From NCBI GenBank assembly GCA_002269645.1, contig NIVC01000006.1:620001-684000 (forward strand): DNA of 64,000 bases. Direction: 5' to 3'. The notes beneath the pieces are model-generated. The model was not told the DNA's origin and made no database searches. It saw only the letters and a list, made by a program, of their open reading frames with translations. Origin of the DNA: Macrostomum lignano. Taxonomy: Eukaryota. The translations under genes and the position numbers were made by a program. How positions within the stretch are numbered: position 1 is the stretch's first letter; each line of letters begins with the position of its first letter. This document shows positions 31,701-42,536 of the stretch, piece after piece.

Positions 31701-32487
31701 CTATAGTCCTTGAGCTTGTCCCAAGTGAATGTTGCATAATCTTTAAGTCCTTGCCGATACCGTTGAATTGATCAAATCTTGCACCATTTCGTAGGCTCTA
31801 CGACGAGAAATGGGACAAAGTAAAGCTCCTCAGTCGAGGAGAGTTCGGCGAAGAGGTGCACGAGGTGCGGACCGACTTGAAGAATGTCTGCGCCGCTAAA
31901 ACCATCCGCCTTCCAGTCACCGAATCGCATCAGGAGTCGGGAGACTTAAAGAACATCGATCGCGTAGTGAAAACAACTCAACAGCTTTGCCGTCTGCGTC
32001 ACGACAATATCATCCGTTTCTACGAAATCAAGCACAAGCAGTCGGAGTCAACCGTTGAGGTTCTGATGGAGCTGATCACCGACAAGACACTCGGCGAGTT
32101 CATTGGTAGTAAATGTCTGCCGGAAAAAGAAGCTAGGATTTTGTTAAAGCAGGTGAGTGATGATATTGAGCACATTGATCGTAGTATAATATCTCGAGAT
32201 TACTTGCCTACTACTGACGGGGGCGCAGGCGCCGCGATTAGGCAGCGAGTCCTCTATCGCAACCTCAAGGTAAAGGAGACCAATGTTTAACTTGAGGGTG
32301 CGCCCAGCCCCCGCCAGTAGTCGACAAGTTTGCAGAGGAGGCATCGGCATCGGCGACCCTCATCTCCGGGCCGATATCCCGGACAAAGGCGCGAAGGTCA
32401 CAGATGTTGTCTGTCTCCCTGAGAATGCAAATCTCCCTGAGGTCGGTTCTGTTTTGCGAGATCAGATATTCCGAGACTTTCCTGTTT
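22746..32487 (+). repeat. Segmental duplication, copy 2 (includes the 22-bp minisatellite at ~22770-23215)
   Basis: Colinear with 1-10169. Confidence 0.95.
25749..30794 (-). pseudogene. Gene A' (duplicate of gene A): same 8-exon fusion gene with a 1-nt deletion in the first ankyrin exon
   Basis: Exons 30794-30784, 30303-29928, 29852-29363, 29251-29170, 29092-28388, 28235-27837, 27299-27007, 26643-25749. Exon 6 is 399 nt versus 400 nt in gene A (frameshift at ~28188-28200). The caspase exon translates identically to gene A over the ORF. The lesion could be an assembly error. Confidence 0.75.
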
Positions 32488-35400
32488 AGATTATAAGCAT
32501 AACAAAGCGGGTCTGCCTGTACTCGGCGCAACTGTTACAAAGGAGCTGGTGTTGCTGGTGGAGCAACTCCTGCTAGTATGACGGGTGATTTTCGACCTGG
32601 GCATGGGTGTAGCCTCACCAAAAGGTGGCTGCCGTCAGGGTTGCTGAACACCTTGGCGAGAGAATCCGCGAGCTTGTTACCCAGGATATTTCTGTGATCG
32701 GGTGTCCAGGTGATTTATAATAGTTTTAAGGACTGAGAGAAATTGAGAACGACTAAAATGACTATTGTAGTCTATAAAAACTGATAAACTACGAGTACGA
32801 ACTTCTTAACGAATTAAAAAGAATATGAAGACTTCCAAGACTTCGAAGCCTTGTATCTTCTTATTTACCACAGCTAACTGCTATGCACTCTTCCAACCTA
32901 AAAAAACCTTGCATCGTCGCGCTTTGTAGGTCTGCGACGCTCTCCGCTATTTGCATTCGGAGACGCCCGACAAGCCGTGCGTTATTCACAGGCAGATCAA
33001 CCCCAGCACCATTGTGGTGTCAGCTGATGGGCGCAGGGCTAAGCTAACTGACTTCGGATTGGCCATCCTGCTGGTCAGCGCCAAGGCGCATCACCTCTCT
33101 GTGCTACGCGGCGACACGCACTACATGGCTCCCGAGCTGTTTCTGACCAAAGAGACCGAGGAAACGCTTTACAGCTGCGCCTCGGACATCTGGGCGTTTG
33201 GCTGCCTGCTCTACCGCATGACGGCTGGCAAGAGGCCGCACAGCGACTGCAAGAACATGCTCAACATTGGTCGTCGGATTCAAAATGAAGGCGCGCCGAC
33301 GCTCCCCAAAGAGTGCTCCAGGGTGATGCAGGACTTCTATACCAAGTGCACAGCTCACGATAGAAAAGACAGAGAGACTGCGGCGCAGTTGATGGAGCAC
33401 GCGTTTATTGTAAAAGGTAAGCGTGTGAAAGCAAACGACTGCTGCTAATGGGCTCAGCAGCTCGGCGGTAAACGCGTTTAGCTGTCCCGTCAAAGACCCC
33501 AGAGTTCCGTACGCAAACGCATTAATTTGGCGCTAGTTATCATAAGGGTGAATCTGACAGGGCACGAGTGAGAATGCCGAAAACTGAAAAATTCATGGCC
33601 GCGCATACCCTTATTGTTGGTCTGCTAGTGGTAGTCTTTGGGGATAGCGGAATGGGCTTTAATACTTTTGCTTCCTCGCTTGCAAAAGGGTCGACGCAGT
33701 TGCTTTAATTTTTTGGCAATGCCCAAAAGAGTGTGAGTCATATGACGTCAAACTCGATAGGCAAAAAAGAATAATTTACTGCACAGAAAAAATTAAAATT
33801 AGCAAAAAGCTACAAAAATACTTAAGAGCATCAAACATGACCAACTGGTACTACTTAGTAGTAGCAAGAAATTCGCACTACATTTTTTCTTTTATAACTT
33901 ACAGCTGCCAATTTTGTAACTTTTAGAGCCGTCTGAATACAAACTTTTGACTGAGGATGAAGTCCGTGGCCCGAAAGATGACACGTAAGTTCTCGAAGGT
34001 AATTATTTAAAAATACGAATATTTATGTGATAAAAGACTTGATAAGTTTTAAGTTAGGCGGCTTCTATAAGCAAAAGTTCGCATGTTTTCGAAGTTCTCT
34101 TTGCAATATGGATGTTACAAAATGCGTTACTTCAGTCAAACTGCAGTGCAGCACTTCAAAGCCAGGCCGATACGGGGTTGCTGTCTGGTGATTGCTATTC
34201 AGCAGTACGACGAAGCTGTCCAGTTAAGTACGTGCCCAGGGGTGCAAGAAGACGCTGACAGGATTGAGCGCGTCTTTCAATCACTGAAGTTTCAAGTGGA
34301 ACGCCTTGAAGACACCAACAGTGTTGACATTTGGCGAGCCCTGCAAGCCCTCGGCAGCTTCAGTAAGTGGCAACAACTCGACAGTTTTGTGTGCTTCATC
34401 ATTGGATGCGGATCGAATGACATCATCTACGCTAGTGATGGGGAGGAGATCGAAATCAAGGAGATTGTGACCAGCTTTCGGGCTAGCCGATGCCCAGCTC
34501 TGAGGGGCAAGCCAAAAATGTTCTTTGCGCAGACGCACGGGGCTGATTGTGCGGAATCAGAAGCGTCTTCTCTGCAGCTTCGAGAGGCAGACTTCCTTGT
34601 GTGTCGCTCTGTCGTTAGACAGAGTGAGAGAACATTTGTGCAAGCCCTATGCGACGTCATCGAGGACACTCATAATCTGGCCGAGGATGTTGAAGCCCTG
34701 ATCGATATGGCCAACTCGAAGGCCTTAGGAAAGCTCAATAAGATTTCGAGTCTCAATAAAAAACTGATGCTACATCCTGAGCCGGAAACATCTCTGTAAG
34801 TTTATTGAGGTATTCTTGTAGTCGAATAATTTTATCACATTTCAAATCATTTTTCACGGCTCGTGAGCGGCTTCATGAAATAGTAGTTCTGCCAACGTCC
34901 TAAAGAGAATCTGTTCCTCTAGCATTCCTTTAGATAGGGAAGCGTTCGAAATTGCTGAAGTAAAATGCGCACATCATAATTTTGGAGAGAGACTATTGAT
35001 GGACAGGAAGGTACCTCACAGGTTTTGTTTAACTAGAACTCACTAGCCTGATTTCCAAAATTTTAGGGACGCGTCTCCAAACAAATGGTCCGATGAACAG
35101 CTTTCTCAGCTGTGCAACTCGTTAGGAAACCAGGAGAGAAGATTCGGGCCACTGAACCAGACTTTGCTCATGATTGCATCGGCTAAAGGCAAGGAAGAAC
35201 TCGTGAGCAATCTTCTGAAGCAGGGACATCGACCAATTATCGATCTCGTCAGGGCCCAGGATGTTCAGATGCGGACTGCAATCGCCTGTGCTGCCATTCA
35301 AGGACACGAAAATGTTCTCCTAGCTTTCACAAAAGCATTTGAGAACAATTCGGGCAATCTGGAAGCAGAAGTGAACAGACCCGACAGCCTGGGACAGACG

Positions 35401-37073
35401 CCTCTCATTCTAGCCGCCAGAAATCATAGAAATTCAGCTCTGGAACAGCTTGTCCAGATGGGCTCCAAGTTGAACCATCAGGTAAGAACACAACCGGATG
35501 TTTTAAAATGGCTACCAAAGCTTACGCTCGTACACAAGCTTTACAAAAAATTACCAGCACAAGTTTCTTTCATCCGCAGGACTCTATGGAGTACACAGCT
35601 GTTGCCTATGCAGCCATGGAGGGATTTGATGACACGGTTCGCATTCTGTGCAAACTGGGAGCCGATCCGAAGTTGCCAGACTTCCTAAAAAACACTCCTC
35701 TCATCTGGGCTGCTCGCGGTGGTCATAAAAATGTCATTGAAGCTCTACGCGGCCATTTGAGCTGCTCAACCGACGAGGATCACTGGCGAGCGAAGGGGGA
35801 GGAAGATATGGATGCACTGGAGTGGGCTAAGCTGTGTGGGCACTACCAGTGTGCCAGCTTCATTCAGGAAGCGTAAGCATTTGCTTTTACTACAGTCTGG
35901 GTTTGCTTTTACCAGGATTATTTCAGGTGATTGTGCGAACATCGTAATTTTGCAATTCTCGCAGAAGAAAAGTAAACTTTTATATGTTATTGAGCTATTT
36001 CACCAGTGTGTGGGAAGCTTTATCATATACATGTAAATACGAGTAGATACTTGAATTTTCAATGTAACAAGCTTTTGATTCAACAATTGAGAGTTTAAAC
36101 AAACCAGCAGTGCGTTGAATTTGCTCAACATTCGTCTATTCGCAGAATCCGATCGCTTGCTTCACCAACGGGCCCAGCAACAACTCCATCCAGCGAGAGC
36201 TCAGGTGACAATGACTCCGGCGGTTCACCGCCAGGCGGTGCTGCGGGGGGTGGTTTGTCCAATCAGTCCACGACAAGACCCGGCGGCTCCGCTGGCGATT
36301 CCCCTGAGGGGCCTAGAACAGGCAGGTCTACGACTCCACCTTATCCCATAAGCGGCACGCGAAGACGACTGGCCAAAATCATTAATATTGTCGACTTTGT
36401 GCACGGCTGTGGCATACAACGGCGAGACGGCTCAATGAACGAAATGACAGAGCACCATCTCTACAGGTGCTTCACTAGTCTTGGATTTGAAATCAAGCAG
36501 TATCTCAATGTTGGGAGTATTTTTTTCGAAAATCTTCTGACAGTAGACTACACTGAGGAGGACTACAATAATGCAGATGCGTTTCTACTGTGCATAATGT
36601 CACACGGCGAGCAGGGTTACATCTTCGCTTACGACGGAGTTCGAATTCTTCTAGAGAACGTGTTTAGACAGTTTCGTCAGTGCCCGGGCTTGCGCAAAAA
36701 ACCGAAGATTTTCATCGTACAGGCCTGCCGCGGTTTGGAATCGGACAGATTCACGGCGAGGCAGCCCGGCCAGTTCAACAATGGAGCGCACGAGGACTGC
36801 CTGTGCGTCTACAGCACTTACAAACGGAACGTCAGCTTTCGCGACAGTAGGCGTGGCGGCTATTTCACCAGAGCACTGAAGGATGTCATACTGACAGATT
36901 TCGATCGGAACTCAGAGGACCTGCGGTCTGCGTTCACAAAAGTAGTTGATAAGGTGGCTTCTGAGACCAATACTCAGCAGATTCCAGTGTACCAGTCAAC
37001 TCTGAGACAGCCGCTTCGCTTGCCACCGAAAGGGGTGTCTACCACTGCAACGCAGAGCTCAGACCGCTGTTGA
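31512..37073 (+). CDS. Gene B: 8-exon pseudokinase / pseudo-caspase / ankyrin-repeat / caspase fusion protein, 1073 aa
   Basis: Exons 31512-31534, 31795-32152, 32930-33416, 33927-33984, 34136-34795, 35067-35481, 35580-35872, 36146-37073. Total 3222 nt, GT..AG introns, phases 2,0,1,2,2,0,2 as in gene A. Kinase HRQINPST (catalytic Asp lost), DFG, APE. Pseudo-caspase IGCG..QTHG. ANK repeats. Caspase MSHG..QACRG. Confidence 0.88.
32530..32740 (-). mobile_element. Decayed non-LTR retrotransposon fragment (RNase H C-terminus) in intron 2 of gene B
   Basis: Minus strand 32708-32652 encodes WTPDHRNILGNKLADSLAK, resembling the RNase H motif W(V/I)PGHxGIxGNExADxLAK. The frame closes soon afterwards. 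Confidence 0.55.
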
Positions 37074-39019
37074 TCTGCATGCGAACAGTGCTTCCAGAAT
37101 GTTCCTATTTATTATGCAACTATATCCAGTACCTATACTGGTAATGAAATCAGGATATGAAAAATGCCATATATCCTTCTTTTCATTTTTAAAGTTACAG
37201 CAAAGTTAAAACTTTTGGGTCGCGTGAATCGATTCAGAGACTATACTTACTCGTACTTGGAAGCACTGGTTATTCTGTTTGAACAAATGTACCCTTTTTA
37301 CACTATGAATAATGTTTAATTATCAATTGGCAAATGTATCAAGCAAGATTTTTAATAACTGTGCTCAAACTCTAGAAATGAAACTCAGAGTTCAGTAATA
37401 TAAATATCATCTCATTTTGGCTTTGCCAGTAATAATATATATATTTACCTAATCTCTGCCAAGTGACAACATTAAACCCTGTTAAAGTATCAAAGGCTTA
37501 AAAGGGATTTTTTGTTTTTTTCAAATAAAACGTTTTCTACAAAGTGCCGCCCACAACAGATTACACGTTAATCATTTCAAGGATCAAGGACCAGAGAGCT
37601 TCAGGAGTTAGGAATATCTGGAACTAACCGCGGTTCCATCACCAAATCTTCCAATCTTCATGTTCAATGTTACTATGTCCCGACTAATATTTGAACTCTT
37701 GAATGTATGACAAAATATTTATTCGGTGAATTATAGTTTCTTGCTTCTATACTGTATTAACTGAAGATTCATCTAGTCTAGATATGAGAATGTGCCACTG
37801 CTCGAGCAGTTTACATATTTATCTTCAGCTTGAAGCATACATCTGCCTCACTATAGCCTCACTATAGTGAGACGGTAAACATAAGAGATTTTCATCACTA
37901 TTCTGAAGCTCCCAGTCGAATATCTTTCCTAAGAGCGTGATAGCATACGATTACACAAGCGTATTGTCAACGGCAATAGTGAGACAGACTTTGGTCAAAG
38001 AAGAAGCAGAATTTTACTGGGGACAGCTGACATGCAAATAAGTCAGCGCTTAGACTGTTAGCAATATGGTATAAATATTAATAATAAGATAGATGAATTA
38101 TTCCAGTAAAAGAAGCTTGGCCACCCCGTGTACTTTAGCTAAGACTATAGATTATTACTTGCCGAAAATCGATCGCAAAAACTGTAATAACTCACGCGAA
38201 CTCCACTGGTTAAGCTAGAATCTCACAAGGAAGCTTAAGCTACTGATAGTCAGCGCACGCGTATAAATATTCAATAAGCACAACATAAAAAAGTACACGA
38301 TACGCTCGTACATGTACATGCGAGGACGAACAATCAATGACGTGCATACACTTTTAACGGCTCATTCACAATGCCATCAAACGAGCCACCAAAGCACACG
38401 ACCAATGTACGAGTACAAAGGAATCATATTTGATGTACAAATTTTGTGATCACACATAATTTGGTCTTATTTTATGGCAGTGTGAACGAGCCTTAAGCAA
38501 TAACCAACGTGCCCACGCAACCCCTCACGCCAAAGCAGCCCCAGACTAGTCTAGTGGCACTCTGCTACAAAAACAAGTCTGCAGACATCAACAGCTACAC
38601 CTGTTCTGAAAAAACGACATGGAAAAGACACAAAGCCTTTCGCGATGCTTTCCCGCCTGCTTCAGGGAAATTAAATTTCTCAACCAGCAACAGATTCACA
38701 TCCTGTTTCCAGACAAAAAACCAACCATGAGGACTGGCCCTTGAATCAAACAGGAGCCTCGGTATTCAATCAATGCAATTCATGACTCAAGAGCGTCTGC
38801 ATCAGAGAAAGCCACTTGAGCAGCATTTCCACATAAAATTTTCTGTGGAGGGAATTAGTGAAATTTTCATGCATAAAAACAGCATTCTGATTTTAAGCAA
38901 GTCACGATCGATCATTTGTCAGACCAAAATAATAATTCATACCTAGACGCACTCGTGCTTCGTCTGGACACCATGGTGTAAATATTGTGCCAGATAATTT
39001 ATTTGACAACGGCTTGTAT

Positions 39020-39385
39020 TAACGACAGTGTCTCTATTAAGTGAAAACCTCTCCATTTAAACTACAGCGTTTCTATTAAGTGGCAACGTCTCCATTTAAA
39101 CGACAGCGTCTTGATTAAGTGACAACGTCTCCATTCAAACGACAGCGTCTGTATTAAGTGACAATGTCTCCATTTAAACGACAGCGCCTCTATTAAGTGA
39201 CAACGTCTCCATTTAAACGACAGCGTCTTTATTAAGTGACAACGTCTCCATTTAAACGACAGCGTCTTTATTAAGTGACAACGTCTCCATTTAAACGACA
39301 GCGTCTGTATTAAGTGGCAAAATCTCCATTTAAACGACAGCGTCTGTATTAAGTGGCAAAATCTCCATTTAAACGACAACGTCCC
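39020..39385. repeat. 39-bp minisatellite (ACGACAGCGTCTTTATTAAGTGACAACGTCTCCATTTAA), ~9 copies
   Basis: Direct tandem repetition; 13-aa period in the antisense ORF. Confidence 0.92.
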
Positions 39386-41525
39386 TACTCAATCTTTGGC
39401 GTCATCATTCACGGACAGAGTCCCCATTCAAGAGGTGATGTCCCTATCAAAGAGACGGTGTCACCTGAGTTCGATGCTGTCATTAGTAGTCGGAATGTGT
39501 GGTAAAACAGTATAATAGCCAATTTTGCCAATTGAGCCTACGCTCGTATGAGCAAGCAATTTCTTCCTTAGTGGTATAATCAAGTGCGGAAATGATTAAT
39601 TGCTCTTAAGCCTGAGAAATCCATTCTCGTAGTGCATGGTAACACATTTAGTGGTTAAGTAAAGTACAGAATAGCAGGCAGGGTTTTGTCGAGCTTGCCT
39701 TCTACACAAATAAAGCTTTATGGTTGGTTCAATTTTTTTAGCGTTGCACCGAATGTAAAAGTCTGTGCATTTCAAACTGCTGAATTACCTTGCATTGAGC
39801 TAACTGTAGCATAAGAGTTCATCTTATTATTTATCTATACGTACAGCCATTGCGGCCTCCACATGTACTGTGACCGCTATCCAAATCGTCCATATTTCCC
39901 GGCAAAATCTTTTGTGTAAAACGCCAAGCAACAAAACTATCAAAATCAGGCTACGAAAGGCTGTTTCGTTACCGATGTTGGATTTGAACATGATTGGCTG
40001 GAAGCGTGTATTGCAGCAAGCTTGTAAATATTAAAGATAACGATTTTAAAAGAATAATAAAGGTGCCACTACGTATAGAAAGATGTGGGAAGTTAAAATG
40101 GTAAGATTATTTTTTTAATTTTTAATTTCAAAGTCTGTTTAGGCCGTGATAAACAAAAGTGCAATCGGAATAGTTGCTACCTGGTTTGAATCGTTGCTTT
40201 TGGTTCGACAAGGAATAGATGCTAGGATATAAATTTTAAAGCATTGTTAATCACTAACCCTTATTAACAGTACAAGCAAGTGGCGATAGTAGAACCAGAT
40301 ATCGGGCTTTGAAACCTGAGTAGTAAAACTAGCTTGCAATTAAAACTACGAGGTTCATCACAAAGTTCTCTGTATTGGACTGTAACTCTCGACCAGGAAA
40401 ATGTATTGCATTGAAACTTCACACAAGACTGATTTCACATCATTTCAGCCTGTTCATAAAATTACATCGACCGCATTGAGCATATTGAATAATTTGAAAG
40501 GCACCGACTGACCGTTTTCCTTAGCACGCATTATTCTGTTGAGCCTTTTGAACTTGAGGTCTTATCAGTCAATTTCGAGAATCACTTCAATATTTAACTT
40601 TTATCGCATGTTTTGATTACGAGACAAAATAAGTTGTGCAAAAAAATAAACTTGTTGTCTCAAGACCTGACCGCGACTACGAGCGTAACATAAAAAATTA
40701 GCAGTTTGTTAAAATCAATGATTTCAATATACGACAATTGATAATAAAGTTCTATTTTATTATCATTTCACGCTCAAGCCTCGCAATTCTAACTGTTAAC
40801 TATCTGCATGCAAGCTGCCACAAGAAGTGCATCTTGAGCAGACCCCAATCGAATTAGTTGGAGCTCATACTTTGTCAAGTCTTGGTGCGTAGACGTTAAT
40901 ACAATATGCAAACAGACTTTCTAACTTGATCGCAAGTCCGAAGCCTAATGATTGGATTGTATACTTGGCCCAGTGTCCTGGGCTAGACTGTGAGAGGATA
41001 TGAGTGTTAACTACAGTACAAGGCGAATGCATTGTGCAAACAAGGCTGATTGGCAATTGCTCATGTATTTCTCTGTATTTATGCGGCGTAGAGACACAAA
41101 AAAGTTTGCAGTCTACACAGGCTCTGCAATCAACTTAAGTTTATAAAGTGTAGAATTTAAGACATGTATGGACAGTAGCCTTCACCAGCAACTGAAGCTA
41201 CAATATTCTGAAGCTGAGGTAAGAACTCGCTTACAGCGTTTATAGCTGCTTTCCCGTTTTCATATTTAGTACCGAGTTCATTTTAGTACGAGTATGTGGT
41301 AAGCTTCACACGAAAATTTTCGACTGTCAGAGTGCAAAATTAAAACAACAGGAGATTCTAAATCGAAAAACAAGGCAATCGAGCGCAAAACTGCTCAAAT
41401 TTCACGTCATCACTTGACGGTGGCTGAAGAGGATATAGCTCGAATGTGGAATTAAAAATTAAGCCTGATTAAAAACCAACAAAAAATACCTGCTATTTCC
41501 AGACAAATATGACATAACCTACCAC

Positions 41526-42536
41526 ATGAAATTTCAGAACAATTCAACAGCGTCTATTCCCTACTGGGAACTGGAAGGCTATCGAGGGTTCCACAAGCTG
41601 GTGTTCTCATGGCTGTTCCCACTGTTGATGCTGTTTGGAGCCTGGGGAAATCTGTCCTGTCTGCTGGTACAGCTCCGAAAGCCTCATTGCTTCCCTTTCT
41701 CAGTGCGCCTCAGCATGCTTATCTGCTGCGCCTTCGACATTATACTGGTGACCGTCAAGTCCGTAACACACTACTTGGCCCCAGTAGTCATGGGGAGAAT
41801 CTTTCACCTGCATGATTTTCGAAGGAACCCAACCTACGCGGCGTGTGTCGCGTATTATATTTTCACGTTTTGGCTAGTCCACGGCAGTCCGTTTATCCGA
41901 CTAGGACTGCGCTTTCACTCGCTGGTGGTCACGCTGGCCGCAGTGTTGCTTCGGAAGCGTAACGTGACAATCTACCAGCTCAGCTTGCTGCTGCTGAGCT
42001 CAGTGCCCTGTATTCGAGTAGCCAGCTCTGAGTGGAATGTTAAGACTCAAAAATGTCGTTTTGTAAACGACTGGAATGAGGCAATCTACCGAATCTACAC
42101 GGTGTTTTTAAGCAGACTGCTGGTGTCCTGCTGCCTGATAGTTACAATGTTAGTCATTCTGGTCAGCTTGAGACGCAGTCGCAGGCAACTAACGGGATCA
42201 GGGACCAGCAGCGGATCACAAAACGGCCCTAAAACGCGGTCCGTGATCAGCATATTTATGTCGACCAGCCTGATATTTTTCTCCTGCGAGCTGCCCTTTA
42301 GCGTCACAAAGTTATTAATCAACCTGGATTTTATTGGTCGCACAGACGCTTTGCGCCAGGCCGTCATTATGTTTAACCACATGATTTACCTGAATCCAGC
42401 ACTGAACGTCTAAACTGGCTGCCCTACCTGATCGGGCGAAAATTTCGTCAGCAGTACTTCAGCTGCGTCAGTGCTTCCTCTCAAGGTCTGAGCGGCACAT
42501 CCCACATCAGCCAGGCGAAGAAGATGAAGACATAAA
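41526..42536 (+). pseudogene. GPCR-1: rhodopsin-like 7TM receptor with an 8-nt insertion in TM7 (42408-42415) causing a premature stop
   Basis: Seven hydrophobic segments; GN in TM1, D in TM2, CELPF in TM6, NPALN in TM7. Removing gtctaaac restores NWLPYLIGRKFR as in the paralogs. Confidence 0.75.

Noticed and set aside
37846-37871. T7 promoter / vector contamination (CTCACTATAG)
   Set aside because: Only 10 nt match and TAATACGA is absent; it is an 11-bp tandem duplication plus a 14-bp palindrome.
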